NCBI GenBank assembly: GCA_964462565.1
Contig: CAYWYC010000002.1
Location: 1-56,913, forward strand
From: an uncultured Candidatus Sumerlaeota bacterium
GTDB taxonomy: Bacteria > Sumerlaeota > Sumerlaeia > UBA8349
Direction: 5' to 3'
Length of the DNA: 56,913 nt
Of this stretch, positions 40,494 to 50,575 are shown piece by piece; the first letter of the stretch is position 1; each line of letters starts with the position of its first letter. The notes below the pieces were generated by a model. It did no database searches, had not been told where the DNA came from, and saw only the letters and a program-made list of their open reading frames with translations. Both the position numbers and the translations under genes were made by a program.

Positions 40494-41786
40494 TTATTCC
40501 ACTTCGAGCCATTGGACCATCACCCGATTTTCGGCTCTTTCGATCTGAACTTTCCATTTTCCCATCTGCCAGGCTTGCCGGCTTTTGCTGAGGCTGCCCA
40601 GGCGCGGCGCTTCATAGACCGAGCGCCAGTGCGTCACCAGGGCGCCGAGAAATTCCCGGGCGTCTGTTTCGCTGTCCCAGGCGCTTTCCCAGGCAAACCA
40701 CCAGCGTCCATCCTGATTTTGATACATCACATAGAAGTCGCCGTCCCAGCCTTCGGCGGCGTCATAGGCAATTCCCGCGCCCAGGCGGTCCTCGAAGAGA
40801 GCCCGCATCCCTACCTCACCCAGGGCGTTGGCCGTTACGCGCTTGAAACCGGCGGGGACTTCGGGCTTTGCGGGATTTTCCGGGAGGTTCCAGTCGGTTC
40901 CTTCGGGTTCGCGCAGCGTCAGGCTTGACGGCAGATCCACGTCACCAAAATATTTTTCCGAATGGATTACCTGCTCCGTGGAAACGGGGGGCTCGCGAAA
41001 CACATGATTCCGTCCATCCTTCATGTGTTTTCGGGCTTCATCGAGAAAGGCCTGTCCCGCGGTGTAGGGGAAAATCAGCTGCATTTTGAAAAAATGGGGG
41101 GTAGCTTCGAGGGCGCTCTGATCCATGAAGAGGTTTTCTGCGGCGTCTTCCAGAAGGTTCATGGAAGCATAGTGCGCGGCATATTCCTGCATGAGCAGCA
41201 TGGCGTCGCCCTCGGCCATGCACAGGGCAGCCAGGGCGCGATCGTCGTTTTCCTCGGCCTGGATGCCGACTTTTTCGAGATCAAAGGCGCGGTCCTGGAT
41301 GGCGTGGCAGATTTCGTGGGCCAGAATCATCTGGGCAAAGGCGCTGCCCACAATGTCGTAACCTTCTCGCACGAAAAGCTTTTTGCTCCTCTGGTCATAG
41401 AGTCCGCCAGCCTGCTCATCGAGAAAGGCGATGTACATGTTCAGGATTTCCATATCCTCGGGCATGGCGCCGAGACTTTTCAGAAAGGCTTCCGACGCTT
41501 TACGTTCTGCTTCGGGCCATTCTTCTTCGATCATCTTGACCAGATTTTTTTGGATCGTGTTGGAGTCCAGATAATAGGCCGGCACGGGGGCGTCCAGTTT
41601 CCAGCCGCGGAGTTTTTCGGTACGTTCCTGCACCTTCAGGATGGCCGCTGCCGTTTCATCGCCTTCGATCCTTCGCAGGGAATCGGTGGACGGTTCATCC
41701 ATCTCCACGCGCAGGTCGTGGGCCTGGGCCGATATCCCGGCCAGAATGGTCAGGACCAGTATCAAAAATATTTGCGTTTTTCGCAT
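40494..41786 (-). CDS. Secreted zincin-like (HExxH) metallopeptidase-domain protein
   Basis: Signal peptide MRKTQIFLILVLTILAGISAQA, GLYD, LAHEICHAIQD, downstream EGDA, FPY..G, PPVSTEQVIH and AEGWDGD. Confidence 0.75.
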   Translation of the reverse strand: MRKTQIFLILVLTILAGISAQAHDLRVEMDEPSTDSLRRIEGDETAAAILKVQERTEKLRGWKLDAPVPAYYLDSNTIQKNLVKMIEEEWPEAERKASEAFLKSLGAMPEDMEILNMYIAFLDEQAGGLYDQRSKKLFVREGYDIVGSAFAQMILAHEICHAIQDRAFDLEKVGIQAEENDDRALAALCMAEGDAMLLMQEYAAHYASMNLLEDAAENLFMDQSALEATPHFFKMQLIFPYTAGQAFLDEARKHMKDGRNHVFREPPVSTEQVIHSEKYFGDVDLPSSLTLREPEGTDWNLPENPAKPEVPAGFKRVTANALGEVGMRALFEDRLGAGIAYDAAEGWDGDFYVMYQNQDGRWWFAWESAWDSETDAREFLGALVTHWRSVYEAPRLGSLSKSRQAWQMGKWKVQIERAENRVMVQWLEVE

Positions 41787-41798
41787 AAATAACACCTC

Positions 41799-44700
41799 TT
41801 ATTCGATGCCCATTGTCTTTTTAAATGCATCAAAATCGGGATCCTTTTGAAGCAGGGCTTCGTTTTTCGTGTACAGATCAAGGGCCTTTTCGGTCATGCC
41901 CAGCTCTTTGTAGGATCGGATCATGCCCTTGAGGCACATCAGGATAAAATGCTGGGCCTGCTCCATGCGTCCCTGTTCCTGGGCATAGGCCAGCGAGTCG
42001 GGGGGCAGTTGTCGCATGTTTTGTGAATGACGCGTCCGCATCTGTTGAGAAAGGGCCAGGCCCCGGAAATAATAATTGACGGCTTCCTTGTATTGGGTCT
42101 TGTAGAATTCCAGGTCTCCCATCGCCGTGAGCGCCCAGTAGTCCTGCGGGACATGGCCCGGAGCGGTGCGGCGCTTGAGCGTGTCGAACTCCAGCAGAAA
42201 CTGAACGCTTTTATCTTCCGGGCAAATGGCGTGGGCCTTCAGGTAATTCTTGCAGGCCTGGATCAGTGCCTGGCGGGCATCTTTGCGCTCGAGCCGTCGC
42301 ACGAAGGAATGGCCCTTGAGCACGGGCTCCGTGGCTGCTACAAAACGCTCGAGCCGCTTCATGAATTCGGGATGGGCGTCGGCGTCTTCGATGTAGTCGG
42401 TGTCGGTGATTTTGCCGTCGTACTTGCGCAGGCCCTCAAGGTTAACCAGCACGGGTTCTTCGCCATAGCCGAACTTGGGCGATTCAAATTCCAGGTGCGG
42501 ATGCACTTCCGTATTGAGCGGCGCGTCGGCCCAGTCTTCTTCAAAGGCCGTGGCCACCTCGACGTAGCAGGCCAGGATTTTCTCCGCCTGTTGCAGCGAT
42601 ACTTCGGCCAGGTCCTGCTGGATTTCCGGACGATTGATGCGCTCCAACATGCGTTCGATGTTGATGCGCAGGGGCTGCTTCGTTCCCAGCAGGAGCAGGT
42701 AGTGGGTCGGTTCGTTGTTCATGTACCAGATAGTCATGTCGGGAAAAACATGAGCAAAGGTCTTCATGGCGCAGGCGAATACTTCCGGTGACATGCCCCC
42801 CAGGGGCATCCAGACGACCACCATGCCGTCGTCGGTCAGCGAATCGCGGCAGAGTTGGAAGTATTCCACGTCGTAGAGGTTGGCGTTTGACTTGTAGCGC
42901 AGGTCCGTGCAGTCGGTGGCGATAATGTCGTATTGCGCGTCGGAAAATTGCAGGTATGAGCGCGCGTCGTCGATGATGACGCGATAGCGCCCGTCATGAA
43001 AGCGTTTCCCGGCGAGTTCGCCCCCGTCCCATTCGTCCAGTACGCCGTGGTTCGAGTCCTTCAGCGTATGGGCCATTTCGGGAACGGTGCGGCTGATTTC
43101 GATGCAATCGACCTGTTCGAGTTCTTCATAGAGGGTGAATGACCAGGACGCGCCGCCCGATCCGAAACCCACGGTCAGGGCCGATTTCGGGTTTTCCAGA
43201 ATCAGCATGGGCACGTGGGCCAGGCTTTTCTGGTCGGTCAGCAGGATGCGGTCCGTACCGGCAACGCCCACGTTGTCCACGTAGATGGTGCGGTCGCCGA
43301 TGGAGTCTTCCACGACGGATACGGTGGCGAGGGGGCCTTCTTCGTAGGCGACGATTTTGTGATAGGGGCTGCTGAGTTCCTGGAAAAAGTATTGTCCCGG
43401 GATTTTAATAAAGATGATGCCCAGGGCCAGGAAAGCCAGTACCGACCAGCCGATTTTGAGACGCCGGTTGTCGGCAGGATTCAGAATGAGCACGAGAGAA
43501 CCGATGATGACATTGATCAGCGCGAGTACGAGAAAACCCCGTGAGAGGCCGAAAATCGGAATCAGCACAAAGCCCGCCGCGAAGGAGCCGAGGATGGCTC
43601 CGATGGTGTTGACTGCATAAATGCGGCCGGTGCCGGAGCCGACCTTGCTTATGTCACGCACGCAAAGCCGCGCCGCCAGGGGAAAGGCCATTCCCATGAG
43701 CAGCGTTGGCAAACCGATCACCAGAACGGTTCGGTAAAAGACATTGGCCACTGCCAGAATCCAGTTGAATTCGTTGGTGTCCAGGTTGACAGGTTCACCA
43801 AGGCGCACGTATTGGACGCGGTATATCAGCATAAAGAGCGACAGCGCACCGCTGAGACCGATGAGGATTTGCACGAGTCCGTAGAGGCGCAAGGGATGGC
43901 GCTGGCGATCCACGATGGCCGACATGAAGGCGCTGCCCAGGGCCAGCCCTACCAGAAAAACCGTGAGCATGGCGCTGAAGGAGTAGGTCGTGTTTTTCAG
44001 ATATTCAAAACGAAATACGAGCGCCCGTGTCCAGAAAACCTGATAGGAGAGCGCCACGAAGCCCGAGATGCCGTAGGTGATCAGGACCAGCCGCGAAAGG
44101 CCCGCGGGAAGCACCGGTTCCACGCCCTCTGCCACAAGCGCCGGGTTTTCGTCGATTTCATCTTTTGTCGGGACGTTCTCGTCTTCGGCGTCTATCCGGG
44201 GATTCTTTTCCAGCCAGGTGGAAAGGAGGATGGAACCGATACCGGCCAGGATGCTGAAGGTGCCGGCCATGAGGATGGTGGTGCGTGTGCCGAAGGCGGC
44301 GATAAAGACGAAACCCGCGAAAAAGGTTCCCAGTACGGCCCCTGCCGTGTTGGTGGCGTAGAGCGCGCCCACACGACCGCCCAGCGCCCCGCTTTTGCGC
44401 ACGAGGAATCGCGACAGAACGGGCAGGGTCGCGCCCATGATGGTTGTCGGAATCAGGAGGACAATGAATGATATGATGAAACGAATCAGGCTGAGTTTCA
44501 GAAAACTGCTCTCGCCGCCGGCGTAAACCGCGTCGTAAATCGGATTGCCCGCGCGGAGCATGAAGGGAACGGAAATGGCAAAAATGCCTTCGCAGATTTC
44601 CAACATGCCGTAGAAGCGCAGGGGCCGTTTCATGCCGTCGGCCAGTTTTCCGCCGATCAGGCTGCCCAGCGCCAGGCCGCCCATGAAGGCCGCCAGCACC

Positions 44701-44882
44701 GTGGAAACGGCATAGAGCGTCGCGCCGAAAATCGTCAGCAGGACGCGGGTCCAGATGACCTCGTAAATCAGACCGCTCATGCCCGACAGCAGAAAGAAAA
44801 TAAAGACTATGACAATACCGCCCAAGGGCAATACGCCGCGTGGAACTTTTTTTTCAGATGATTCCATTTTTTCTGCAAACAA
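41799..44882 (-). CDS. Fused multi-TM (MFS-like)/spermidine-synthase-like protein with a C-terminal TPR-like tail
   Basis: SGMSGLIYEVIWTR, FMGGLALG, repeated LYATNTAGAVLG/IYAVNTIGAILG; SAM-fold motifs VGFGSG, IEIS, DDARSYL and YDIIATD. The start may instead be the ATG at 44867. Confidence 0.85.
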   Translation of the reverse strand: MFAEKMESSEKKVPRGVLPLGGIVIVFIFFLLSGMSGLIYEVIWTRVLLTIFGATLYAVSTVLAAFMGGLALGSLIGGKLADGMKRPLRFYGMLEICEGIFAISVPFMLRAGNPIYDAVYAGGESSFLKLSLIRFIISFIVLLIPTTIMGATLPVLSRFLVRKSGALGGRVGALYATNTAGAVLGTFFAGFVFIAAFGTRTTILMAGTFSILAGIGSILLSTWLEKNPRIDAEDENVPTKDEIDENPALVAEGVEPVLPAGLSRLVLITYGISGFVALSYQVFWTRALVFRFEYLKNTTYSFSAMLTVFLVGLALGSAFMSAIVDRQRHPLRLYGLVQILIGLSGALSLFMLIYRVQYVRLGEPVNLDTNEFNWILAVANVFYRTVLVIGLPTLLMGMAFPLAARLCVRDISKVGSGTGRIYAVNTIGAILGSFAAGFVLIPIFGLSRGFLVLALINVIIGSLVLILNPADNRRLKIGWSVLAFLALGIIFIKIPGQYFFQELSSPYHKIVAYEEGPLATVSVVEDSIGDRTIYVDNVGVAGTDRILLTDQKSLAHVPMLILENPKSALTVGFGSGGASWSFTLYEELEQVDCIEISRTVPEMAHTLKDSNHGVLDEWDGGELAGKRFHDGRYRVIIDDARSYLQFSDAQYDIIATDCTDLRYKSNANLYDVEYFQLCRDSLTDDGMVVVWMPLGGMSPEVFACAMKTFAHVFPDMTIWYMNNEPTHYLLLLGTKQPLRINIERMLERINRPEIQQDLAEVSLQQAEKILACYVEVATAFEEDWADAPLNTEVHPHLEFESPKFGYGEEPVLVNLEGLRKYDGKITDTDYIEDADAHPEFMKRLERFVAATEPVLKGHSFVRRLERKDARQALIQACKNYLKAHAICPEDKSVQFLLEFDTLKRRTAPGHVPQDYWALTAMGDLEFYKTQYKEAVNYYFRGLALSQQMRTRHSQNMRQLPPDSLAYAQEQGRMEQAQHFILMCLKGMIRSYKELGMTEKALDLYTKNEALLQKDPDFDAFKKTMGIE

Positions 44883-44906
44883 CTTTCTTCCCTGGAATTT
44901 GTCCGA

Positions 44907-45365
44907 CTAGTCCGACGTTCCGCTTTCTTCCAAAACCTTGCAGGCGTATTGGAGGGCCATGGCATAGCCATCCGCGCCAAAGCCGCTGATCTGCCCGATC
45001 GACAGGGGAGCGATGTAGGAATGATGGCGAAATGCTTCACGCTTGTAAATATTCGACAGATGCACCTCGATCACCGGAATTTCCACCGCCGCCAGCGCGT
45101 CGGCCAGGGCGATGCTCGTATGCGTAAAGGCTCCCGCGTTGATGATAATCACGCCCACATTGTCTTTGGCCGCGTGAATCCTGTCGATCAATGCGCCTTC
45201 GTAATTGCTCTGGAAACTTTCCAACTCAACTTTCTTTTTTTGGGCCAGTTCCTGAAGGGTCTGCTCGATCTCCTTGAGCGTCGTCTTGCCGTACTTATCC
45301 GGCTCGCGTGTGCCCAGCATGTTCAGGTTCGGTCCGTTGATCAGCAGGATTTTCTTGTCACTCAT
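44907..45365 (-). CDS. aroQ: Type II 3-dehydroquinate dehydratase
   Basis: [31 protein letters not shown] and [17 protein letters not shown]. Confidence 0.97.
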   Translation of the reverse strand: MSDKKILLINGPNLNMLGTREPDKYGKTTLKEIEQTLQELAQKKKVELESFQSNYEGALIDRIHAAKDNVGVIIINAGAFTHTSIALADALAAVEIPVIEVHLSNIYKREAFRHHSYIAPLSIGQISGFGADGYAMALQYACKVLEESGTSD

Positions 45366-46459
45366 TCGTTCGAGGCCCCCATTTCACAAAGCACTTCGGA
45401 TATGGTCGCTTCCGGTACATCGTCTCTTATTGTGACTTCTCCCATCTGGACGGGCAAGACAAAACGCACCTTGCCGTCCCGTACCTTCTTGTCGGACTTC
45501 AGTTTTTCCATGATGGCCGACACTTCCAGTTCGGGAATCGTGACCGGCAATTTGCACTGCATCAGCAGGCCCGCCAGTCGCGGACGCAAGGCGGTATCAA
45601 CCAGTTCCATTTTTTCCGCGATACGTGTCGCCGCGATCATGCCGATACTCACGCATTCCCCATGCCGCAGGTTGCCGTATTCCACCAGGTTTTCGATGGC
45701 ATGGCCCACCGTATGGCCAAAATTCAGGATCGCCCGCAGGCCGTGTTCCTTTTCATCTTCCGCCACCACAGCCGACTTGATCTTGCAGGAACCGGCCACC
45801 ACGTGGGACATGCGGTTGCCGTCGAGTTCGAGAATGCCGTCGAGATTGGCTTCCACATAGTCAAAATATTCCGCGTCGCGAATCACGCCATGCTTGATCA
45901 CCTCGGCCAGGCCTGAGCGAAATTCTTCGACGGGTAAGGTTTGCAGCACGGACAGATCCATGAGCACGGCTTTGGGCTGCCAGAAAGCGCCGATGATGTT
46001 TTTGGCCAGCGGATGGTTCACCCCCGTCTTGCCGCCTACGCTGGAATCGACCATTGCCAGCAGGGACGTGGGAGCCTGGATAAAATCGACCCCGCGCATA
46101 TAGCAGGCTGCCGCGAATCCCGTGATGTCACCCACCACGCCACCGCCCAAGGCCACCAGCGCCGACTGCCGGGTGAAGCCGTGCGCGATCAGACTGTCCC
46201 AGATCAGGTGCGTCGTCGCCACCGTCTTTTCCGATTCGCCCTCGGGCAGTTCGGTGGTTTCCACGGCAAAGTCGGCCGCCTTCAGACTCTTCTGCAGCGG
46301 GGCCAGATAATGGCGGCCGATATCGGCGTTCGTGACGACCATGACCCGATCGCACTTGGGAAGGTATTGCTTGATCTTTTCGCCGAATTGTTCCGACCAG
46401 CTTTCATCGATCAGGATCGGATATTCCGCACCCTCAAGTCCTACCGTTATTTTGCGCAT
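45362..46459 (-). CDS. aroB: 3-dehydroquinate synthase
   Basis: [58 protein letters not shown] and DKK. Confidence 0.97.
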   Translation of the reverse strand: MRKITVGLEGAEYPILIDESWSEQFGEKIKQYLPKCDRVMVVTNADIGRHYLAPLQKSLKAADFAVETTELPEGESEKTVATTHLIWDSLIAHGFTRQSALVALGGGVVGDITGFAAACYMRGVDFIQAPTSLLAMVDSSVGGKTGVNHPLAKNIIGAFWQPKAVLMDLSVLQTLPVEEFRSGLAEVIKHGVIRDAEYFDYVEANLDGILELDGNRMSHVVAGSCKIKSAVVAEDEKEHGLRAILNFGHTVGHAIENLVEYGNLRHGECVSIGMIAATRIAEKMELVDTALRPRLAGLLMQCKLPVTIPELEVSAIMEKLKSDKKVRDGKVRFVLPVQMGEVTIRDDVPEATISEVLCEMGASNE

Positions 46460-46690
46460 AAATTCTCCCGCCATCAAACATACAATCAAACTTCATCCAA
46501 GGTCCATCCTCCTGAATCGCAGATAATCCTACAAGAAAGCGGCCAGCCATCAAAGGAAAAAGTCAACGCATAGAATATGTCTGTCCGCGGCCCAATGATG
46601 AATCAAAGCCATCCCGGCAGCACGAAAAATATGAATTCGCAAGAATCTGCTCGAAGGCCGAAAAAACCAGCGCCAAATGATGGCTGTGTC

Positions 46691-46719
46691 TTGATATTAT
46701 AAATGGTATGCGATATGCT
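46691..46719 (+). promoter_or_regulatory. Putative sigma70 promoter of the CotH-VTC operon
   Basis: TTGATA-N17-TATGCT, about 95 bp upstream of the first plausible ATG. Confidence 0.45.
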
Positions 46720-46813
46720 TTTGTCTATTGGAATCATTGCGTTTGTCAAAAAACTGACAGCGCGAGGCATCTTGTCTATTCGAAATCGCGGATTTCGGGG
46801 AATTCAGACTTCT

Positions 46814-49150
46814 ATGAAATTGCATTATCGAGAGAAAATGCGTCAATTTATCTGGCGCAAGCGCTGGTGGATACTGATCTGGACCCTTATCCTGGGCGGC
46901 GGAATTTTGTTTATCTGGCGTAAGATGGACACGGACCTGCCTCTTTTTCTGAAAATCCCGCGGGAAATGGTTATTGCCTTCTCCAAGGACGATTCCACCA
47001 TCCCCACCTACCAGATTGCGATTACGCCGGCCCAGTTGCGCAACTTTCGCCGGGAATTTCATTCGCGCACGGGTCTGGTCAAGCATTTTGCCAATGTGGA
47101 TGTGCGTTATCGGGACGATTCGGGAGAAATCGACTGGATCGGACAGGCCCGAATCCGCCGGCGTGGGATTATGGCGGACCAATTGCTGGCCAAGAATTTC
47201 AAGATTGAGTTTGAGAATGCCGAGGCCCTTGGCTTTATCGAGGCCCACCTGATTCCGATCCGGCACAAAACGTCGTCCTGGCTCATTTTCCATGGCTGGC
47301 TGGCGGAGGAACTGGGCCTGATCAGTCCGCGGATGCGATTTGTCCGGGTCCAGTTTAACGGCGTGGATTGGGGGCTTTATGTGGAGGTGGAGCAGTTTGG
47401 CCGGGAGATGCTCAAGCGCTATGGACTTGGAAATTCCGATCTCTACGGTGAAACCGATGATTTTGGCAACGTTACCAATACGATTCTCTATGACACAACG
47501 GCACGCTGGAAGAAATACGACCCCCTGATGGGTAATGAAAAGGACTTCACGCCGATGCGGGAGTTTCTCGAGCTCATCAACGAGGGTGATGATGCGGAAT
47601 TCCGTCGGGAAATATTCGGCCTTGTGGACAAGGAAAACGTGATGCGCTGGCATGCCCATCAAGAGATCATGAACAGCTATCATCAGACTTCTTTCGGGAA
47701 CAATCGCCTGCTTTACAATCGCGTTACGGGCAAGTTGGAATTTGTTCCCTGGGATGCCCTGCCGGGAAATTTCAGCCTGGATAATCGCCCCTATCTGACC
47801 CAGTACGTCACGAATCTGCTGATCATGCGGCTCAAGAATCACCCCGAATACATGGCGGATTATTCGAAGTATCTCCACCAGGCCGTCAGCGAACTACGTC
47901 CGCGCCTGCCCGGGATATTTGATACGCTTTACATGACTGAGGACATCTTGAAGGTCATCCAGGTCGATCCTCTGCGGCACCATGTGGCCGATCGGGAGCA
48001 TTTTCAGAGGGGGGATCTATCGACTTTTCAAAAGTACTGGCAATACATCTGGCATCTGGGTTGGCCTTCCCAGGTGCGCTGGATGAGCCGCTATATCGAC
48101 ACGAGTTGTTCGCGGCTGTTGTGGGGACTGGAAAATGCCCGCTGCGACGTGCTTGCCGGGCTCGATGCATCGCCCCGCCGGAGTTATTCGCTTCGCCTGA
48201 ACTACGGGGCCCAGAGCGTTTCACGTCTGGAGCGGCTGGATATTCCCCTGACGGTGGACAGCGAACTTGCCGAGGGCGCGAGCGTGAGCCTGAGCTTGCG
48301 CCTGGAAGCCCGGCCCAAATCGGGTAATTTTGATTTCCCCCTGCATCCGGCTGAAAAGGAGCCGGAGCCCTATAGGGTAGAACGGCGCCTGGCTGTGCGT
48401 AACGGATATCTTGTGGCCGAAGATCTGGACTTTCTGCTGATGCCCGGTTTTCCGCGGGTTCAGATGCAGATGCCCTTCTGGAAGCGGGATTTTGAGGCGA
48501 TGATGAACGCCGTGGAATTGCAGCGCTATGCCCTCTCTATCGAATCGGACCGGCCTCTGGCGATTGCGGGCCGGAAAATCCGTGTGCAGGTTCGCAATCT
48601 GGCGGATGGAACGATACTCGATGCCGAATACCTGTATTACGACATTGGCCAAAGCACCATGCGCGAGCAGATTTCCATCGGGCCCGACGAACTTGCCCGG
48701 CAATATGACTGGATGCAATATGATCCCGCGAAAAAGGCCCTGCGGGTAGATAGAGGAGAGGTAGATATTTTGCGTGATCTTGTTATTCCCCGTTCCACGC
48801 GCCTGCTTGTTGAGGCGGGGACGCGGTTGCGCCTGGCCCCCGGCGTTTCCGTTTTTTCCTGGAGTCCCGTGGAAATGCTGGGAAATCCGAAAAATGGGGT
48901 ATATCTGGAGCCTTTGCATGCCGATAAGCAGTGGGGAGTACTCGCGGTGGTTGATTGCCCAACTACATCGGTTCTGCGCCATGTGCAGTTTCGCGGCGCT
49001 GGAAGCGCATCGGCTCTGGAGGTGGATTTCACAGGGGCCTTGAATTTCCATGAAGCGCCCCATATTCTGGAAAACTGCCGGATCATGGAACCGGGAAATA
49101 CCGCCATATCCGTATGGAAAAAAGAAAAACAGGTTTATCGACATGAGTAA
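46814..49150 (+). CDS. CotH-kinase-family protein with an N-terminal TM anchor and a C-terminal beta-helix-like region
   Basis: TM segment WWILIWTLILGGGILFIW; RIRRRG, KNFKIEF, VQFNG..GLYVEVEQ and NNRLLY..KLEFVPWD. The C-terminal DLVIP..LLVEAGT..G....WGVL pattern resembles a beta-helix start. Start is 46814 or 46838. Confidence 0.75.
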   Translation: MKLHYREKMRQFIWRKRWWILIWTLILGGGILFIWRKMDTDLPLFLKIPREMVIAFSKDDSTIPTYQIAITPAQLRNFRREFHSRTGLVKHFANVDVRYRDDSGEIDWIGQARIRRRGIMADQLLAKNFKIEFENAEALGFIEAHLIPIRHKTSSWLIFHGWLAEELGLISPRMRFVRVQFNGVDWGLYVEVEQFGREMLKRYGLGNSDLYGETDDFGNVTNTILYDTTARWKKYDPLMGNEKDFTPMREFLELINEGDDAEFRREIFGLVDKENVMRWHAHQEIMNSYHQTSFGNNRLLYNRVTGKLEFVPWDALPGNFSLDNRPYLTQYVTNLLIMRLKNHPEYMADYSKYLHQAVSELRPRLPGIFDTLYMTEDILKVIQVDPLRHHVADREHFQRGDLSTFQKYWQYIWHLGWPSQVRWMSRYIDTSCSRLLWGLENARCDVLAGLDASPRRSYSLRLNYGAQSVSRLERLDIPLTVDSELAEGASVSLSLRLEARPKSGNFDFPLHPAEKEPEPYRVERRLAVRNGYLVAEDLDFLLMPGFPRVQMQMPFWKRDFEAMMNAVELQRYALSIESDRPLAIAGRKIRVQVRNLADGTILDAEYLYYDIGQSTMREQISIGPDELARQYDWMQYDPAKKALRVDRGEVDILRDLVIPRSTRLLVEAGTRLRLAPGVSVFSWSPVEMLGNPKNGVYLEPLHADKQWGVLAVVDCPTTSVLRHVQFRGAGSASALEVDFTGALNFHEAPHILENCRIMEPGNTAISVWKKEKQVYRHE

Positions 49151-49874
49151 ACAAGTCGCAAGATTTCGAAGATACGAACATAAATTCTGGACCGACCGCC
49201 GCACCATGCGGGACTTCCTGAACTATCTGCTGAATTTTATGGATTTTGATGAGCACGGGGATGAGGACCACAGCTATTGGATCACAAGCCTTTATCTGGA
49301 AACCCATGACCTGATGACATACGCCGAGAAATACAACGGCGACCTGGAAAGGCGCAAGTATCGCATCCGCTTTTACAACGATGATCCGTCGCTTGTCTTC
49401 TTCGAGGTCAAGAAGAAGTACAATGCCTTTATCGATAAGTCCCGCACGCCCTTCGCGATCCCGGACGGGGATTTCAGCAAAGTGGAGGCGGCCCTGCAGA
49501 GTCGGGATTCCGAAGTGAACGATGAATTCATGCAGGCCTATCATGAATATGCGCTTGCTCCGATGGCCTGGGTGGCCTATCGGCGGATTGCGCTGGTCGG
49601 AAAGAACAATCCGGCCCTGCGCGTCACTTTTGACATGCAGGTATCGGGGACATCGGCCTGGGGTTTTCGGCCCCGTTACGAAGACGTGCGCAACATCAAT
49701 CTTTCCCGGTGGAAAGACCCGGTCATTCTGGAAATCAAATTTACCCAGCAGTATCCCCTGTGGTTGGAAATCGCCATGCGCGACCTGGGGTTTATCCATG
49801 AATCCATCTCGAAATACGGGATGGTCATGGCACGCTATTATTTTAATGAAAAGAGGGAACAATGGATCCATTAA
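49143..49874 (+). CDS. VTC-domain (polyphosphate polymerase-like, CYTH superfamily) protein
   Basis: RYEHKF, YWITSLYLET, RRKYRIRFY, FFEVKKK, YRRIAL, LRVTFD, ILEIKF and SISKY; overlaps the CotH stop by 8 nt. Confidence 0.88.
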   Translation: MSKQVARFRRYEHKFWTDRRTMRDFLNYLLNFMDFDEHGDEDHSYWITSLYLETHDLMTYAEKYNGDLERRKYRIRFYNDDPSLVFFEVKKKYNAFIDKSRTPFAIPDGDFSKVEAALQSRDSEVNDEFMQAYHEYALAPMAWVAYRRIALVGKNNPALRVTFDMQVSGTSAWGFRPRYEDVRNINLSRWKDPVILEIKFTQQYPLWLEIAMRDLGFIHESISKYGMVMARYYFNEKREQWIH

Positions 49875-50563
49875 CCATTTCTCGCCTGACAGGCGTCACC
49901 ATTCAGGACATGAGCCTGTTCGATATCGGCCTGCGTCTGGCCTCGGCCCTGGCCCTGGGCATATTGATTGCCCTGGTCTATCGCCGCGTCCACAAGGCCT
50001 TTGCCTATTCCTACAGCATGGTGGTCGGTATCGTTATGATCTCCATGATTGTGGCCACGGTGCTCATGGTGATTGACAACAGCCTGGCCCGGGCCTTTGG
50101 GCTTGTCGGGGCACTCGCTATTATCCGCTTCCGTATGCCGGTGAAGGATATTAAAGATATTATCTTTATCTTTCTCTCCGTGGCGAATGGCATTGCCAGC
50201 GGCGCGGGTCATTTCAGGATTGCCCTGCTCGGCGTGTTGGGTTCACTCGTGGTCTGCTTTCTCATGTATATGACCAAGTTCGGGGGCCCACGGGCCAGCG
50301 GTCAATTGTTGCTCAAGGTGCTGGCGGGTAAGGAATTGCTCGAATCGGACAGTGGCGTTTTTGAAACGATTTTGCGTGAGCATTGCCTGTCTTTTTCGCT
50401 GGTGGAGATGCACATGGGCAAGCGGCGCGATTGCGAAATCGTGTACAGCATTCGACTGATCGAAGAAGAAAAACTTCAGGATCTTCTCAAGCAGATTTCC
50501 GACCGCGAAACCGTTGAGCAGGTAGTTGTCCTGAGCGCGATTCACAATATGGATGTGCAGTAA
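49862..50563 (+). CDS. DUF4956-family membrane protein
   Basis: Several TM helices with the signature VIDNSLARAFGLVGALAIIRFRMPVKD and a small soluble C-terminal domain; overlaps the VTC stop by 13 nt. Confidence 0.85.
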   Translation: MDPLTISRLTGVTIQDMSLFDIGLRLASALALGILIALVYRRVHKAFAYSYSMVVGIVMISMIVATVLMVIDNSLARAFGLVGALAIIRFRMPVKDIKDIIFIFLSVANGIASGAGHFRIALLGVLGSLVVCFLMYMTKFGGPRASGQLLLKVLAGKELLESDSGVFETILREHCLSFSLVEMHMGKRRDCEIVYSIRLIEEEKLQDLLKQISDRETVEQVVVLSAIHNMDVQ

Positions 50564-50575
50564 GCCGGTATATTT

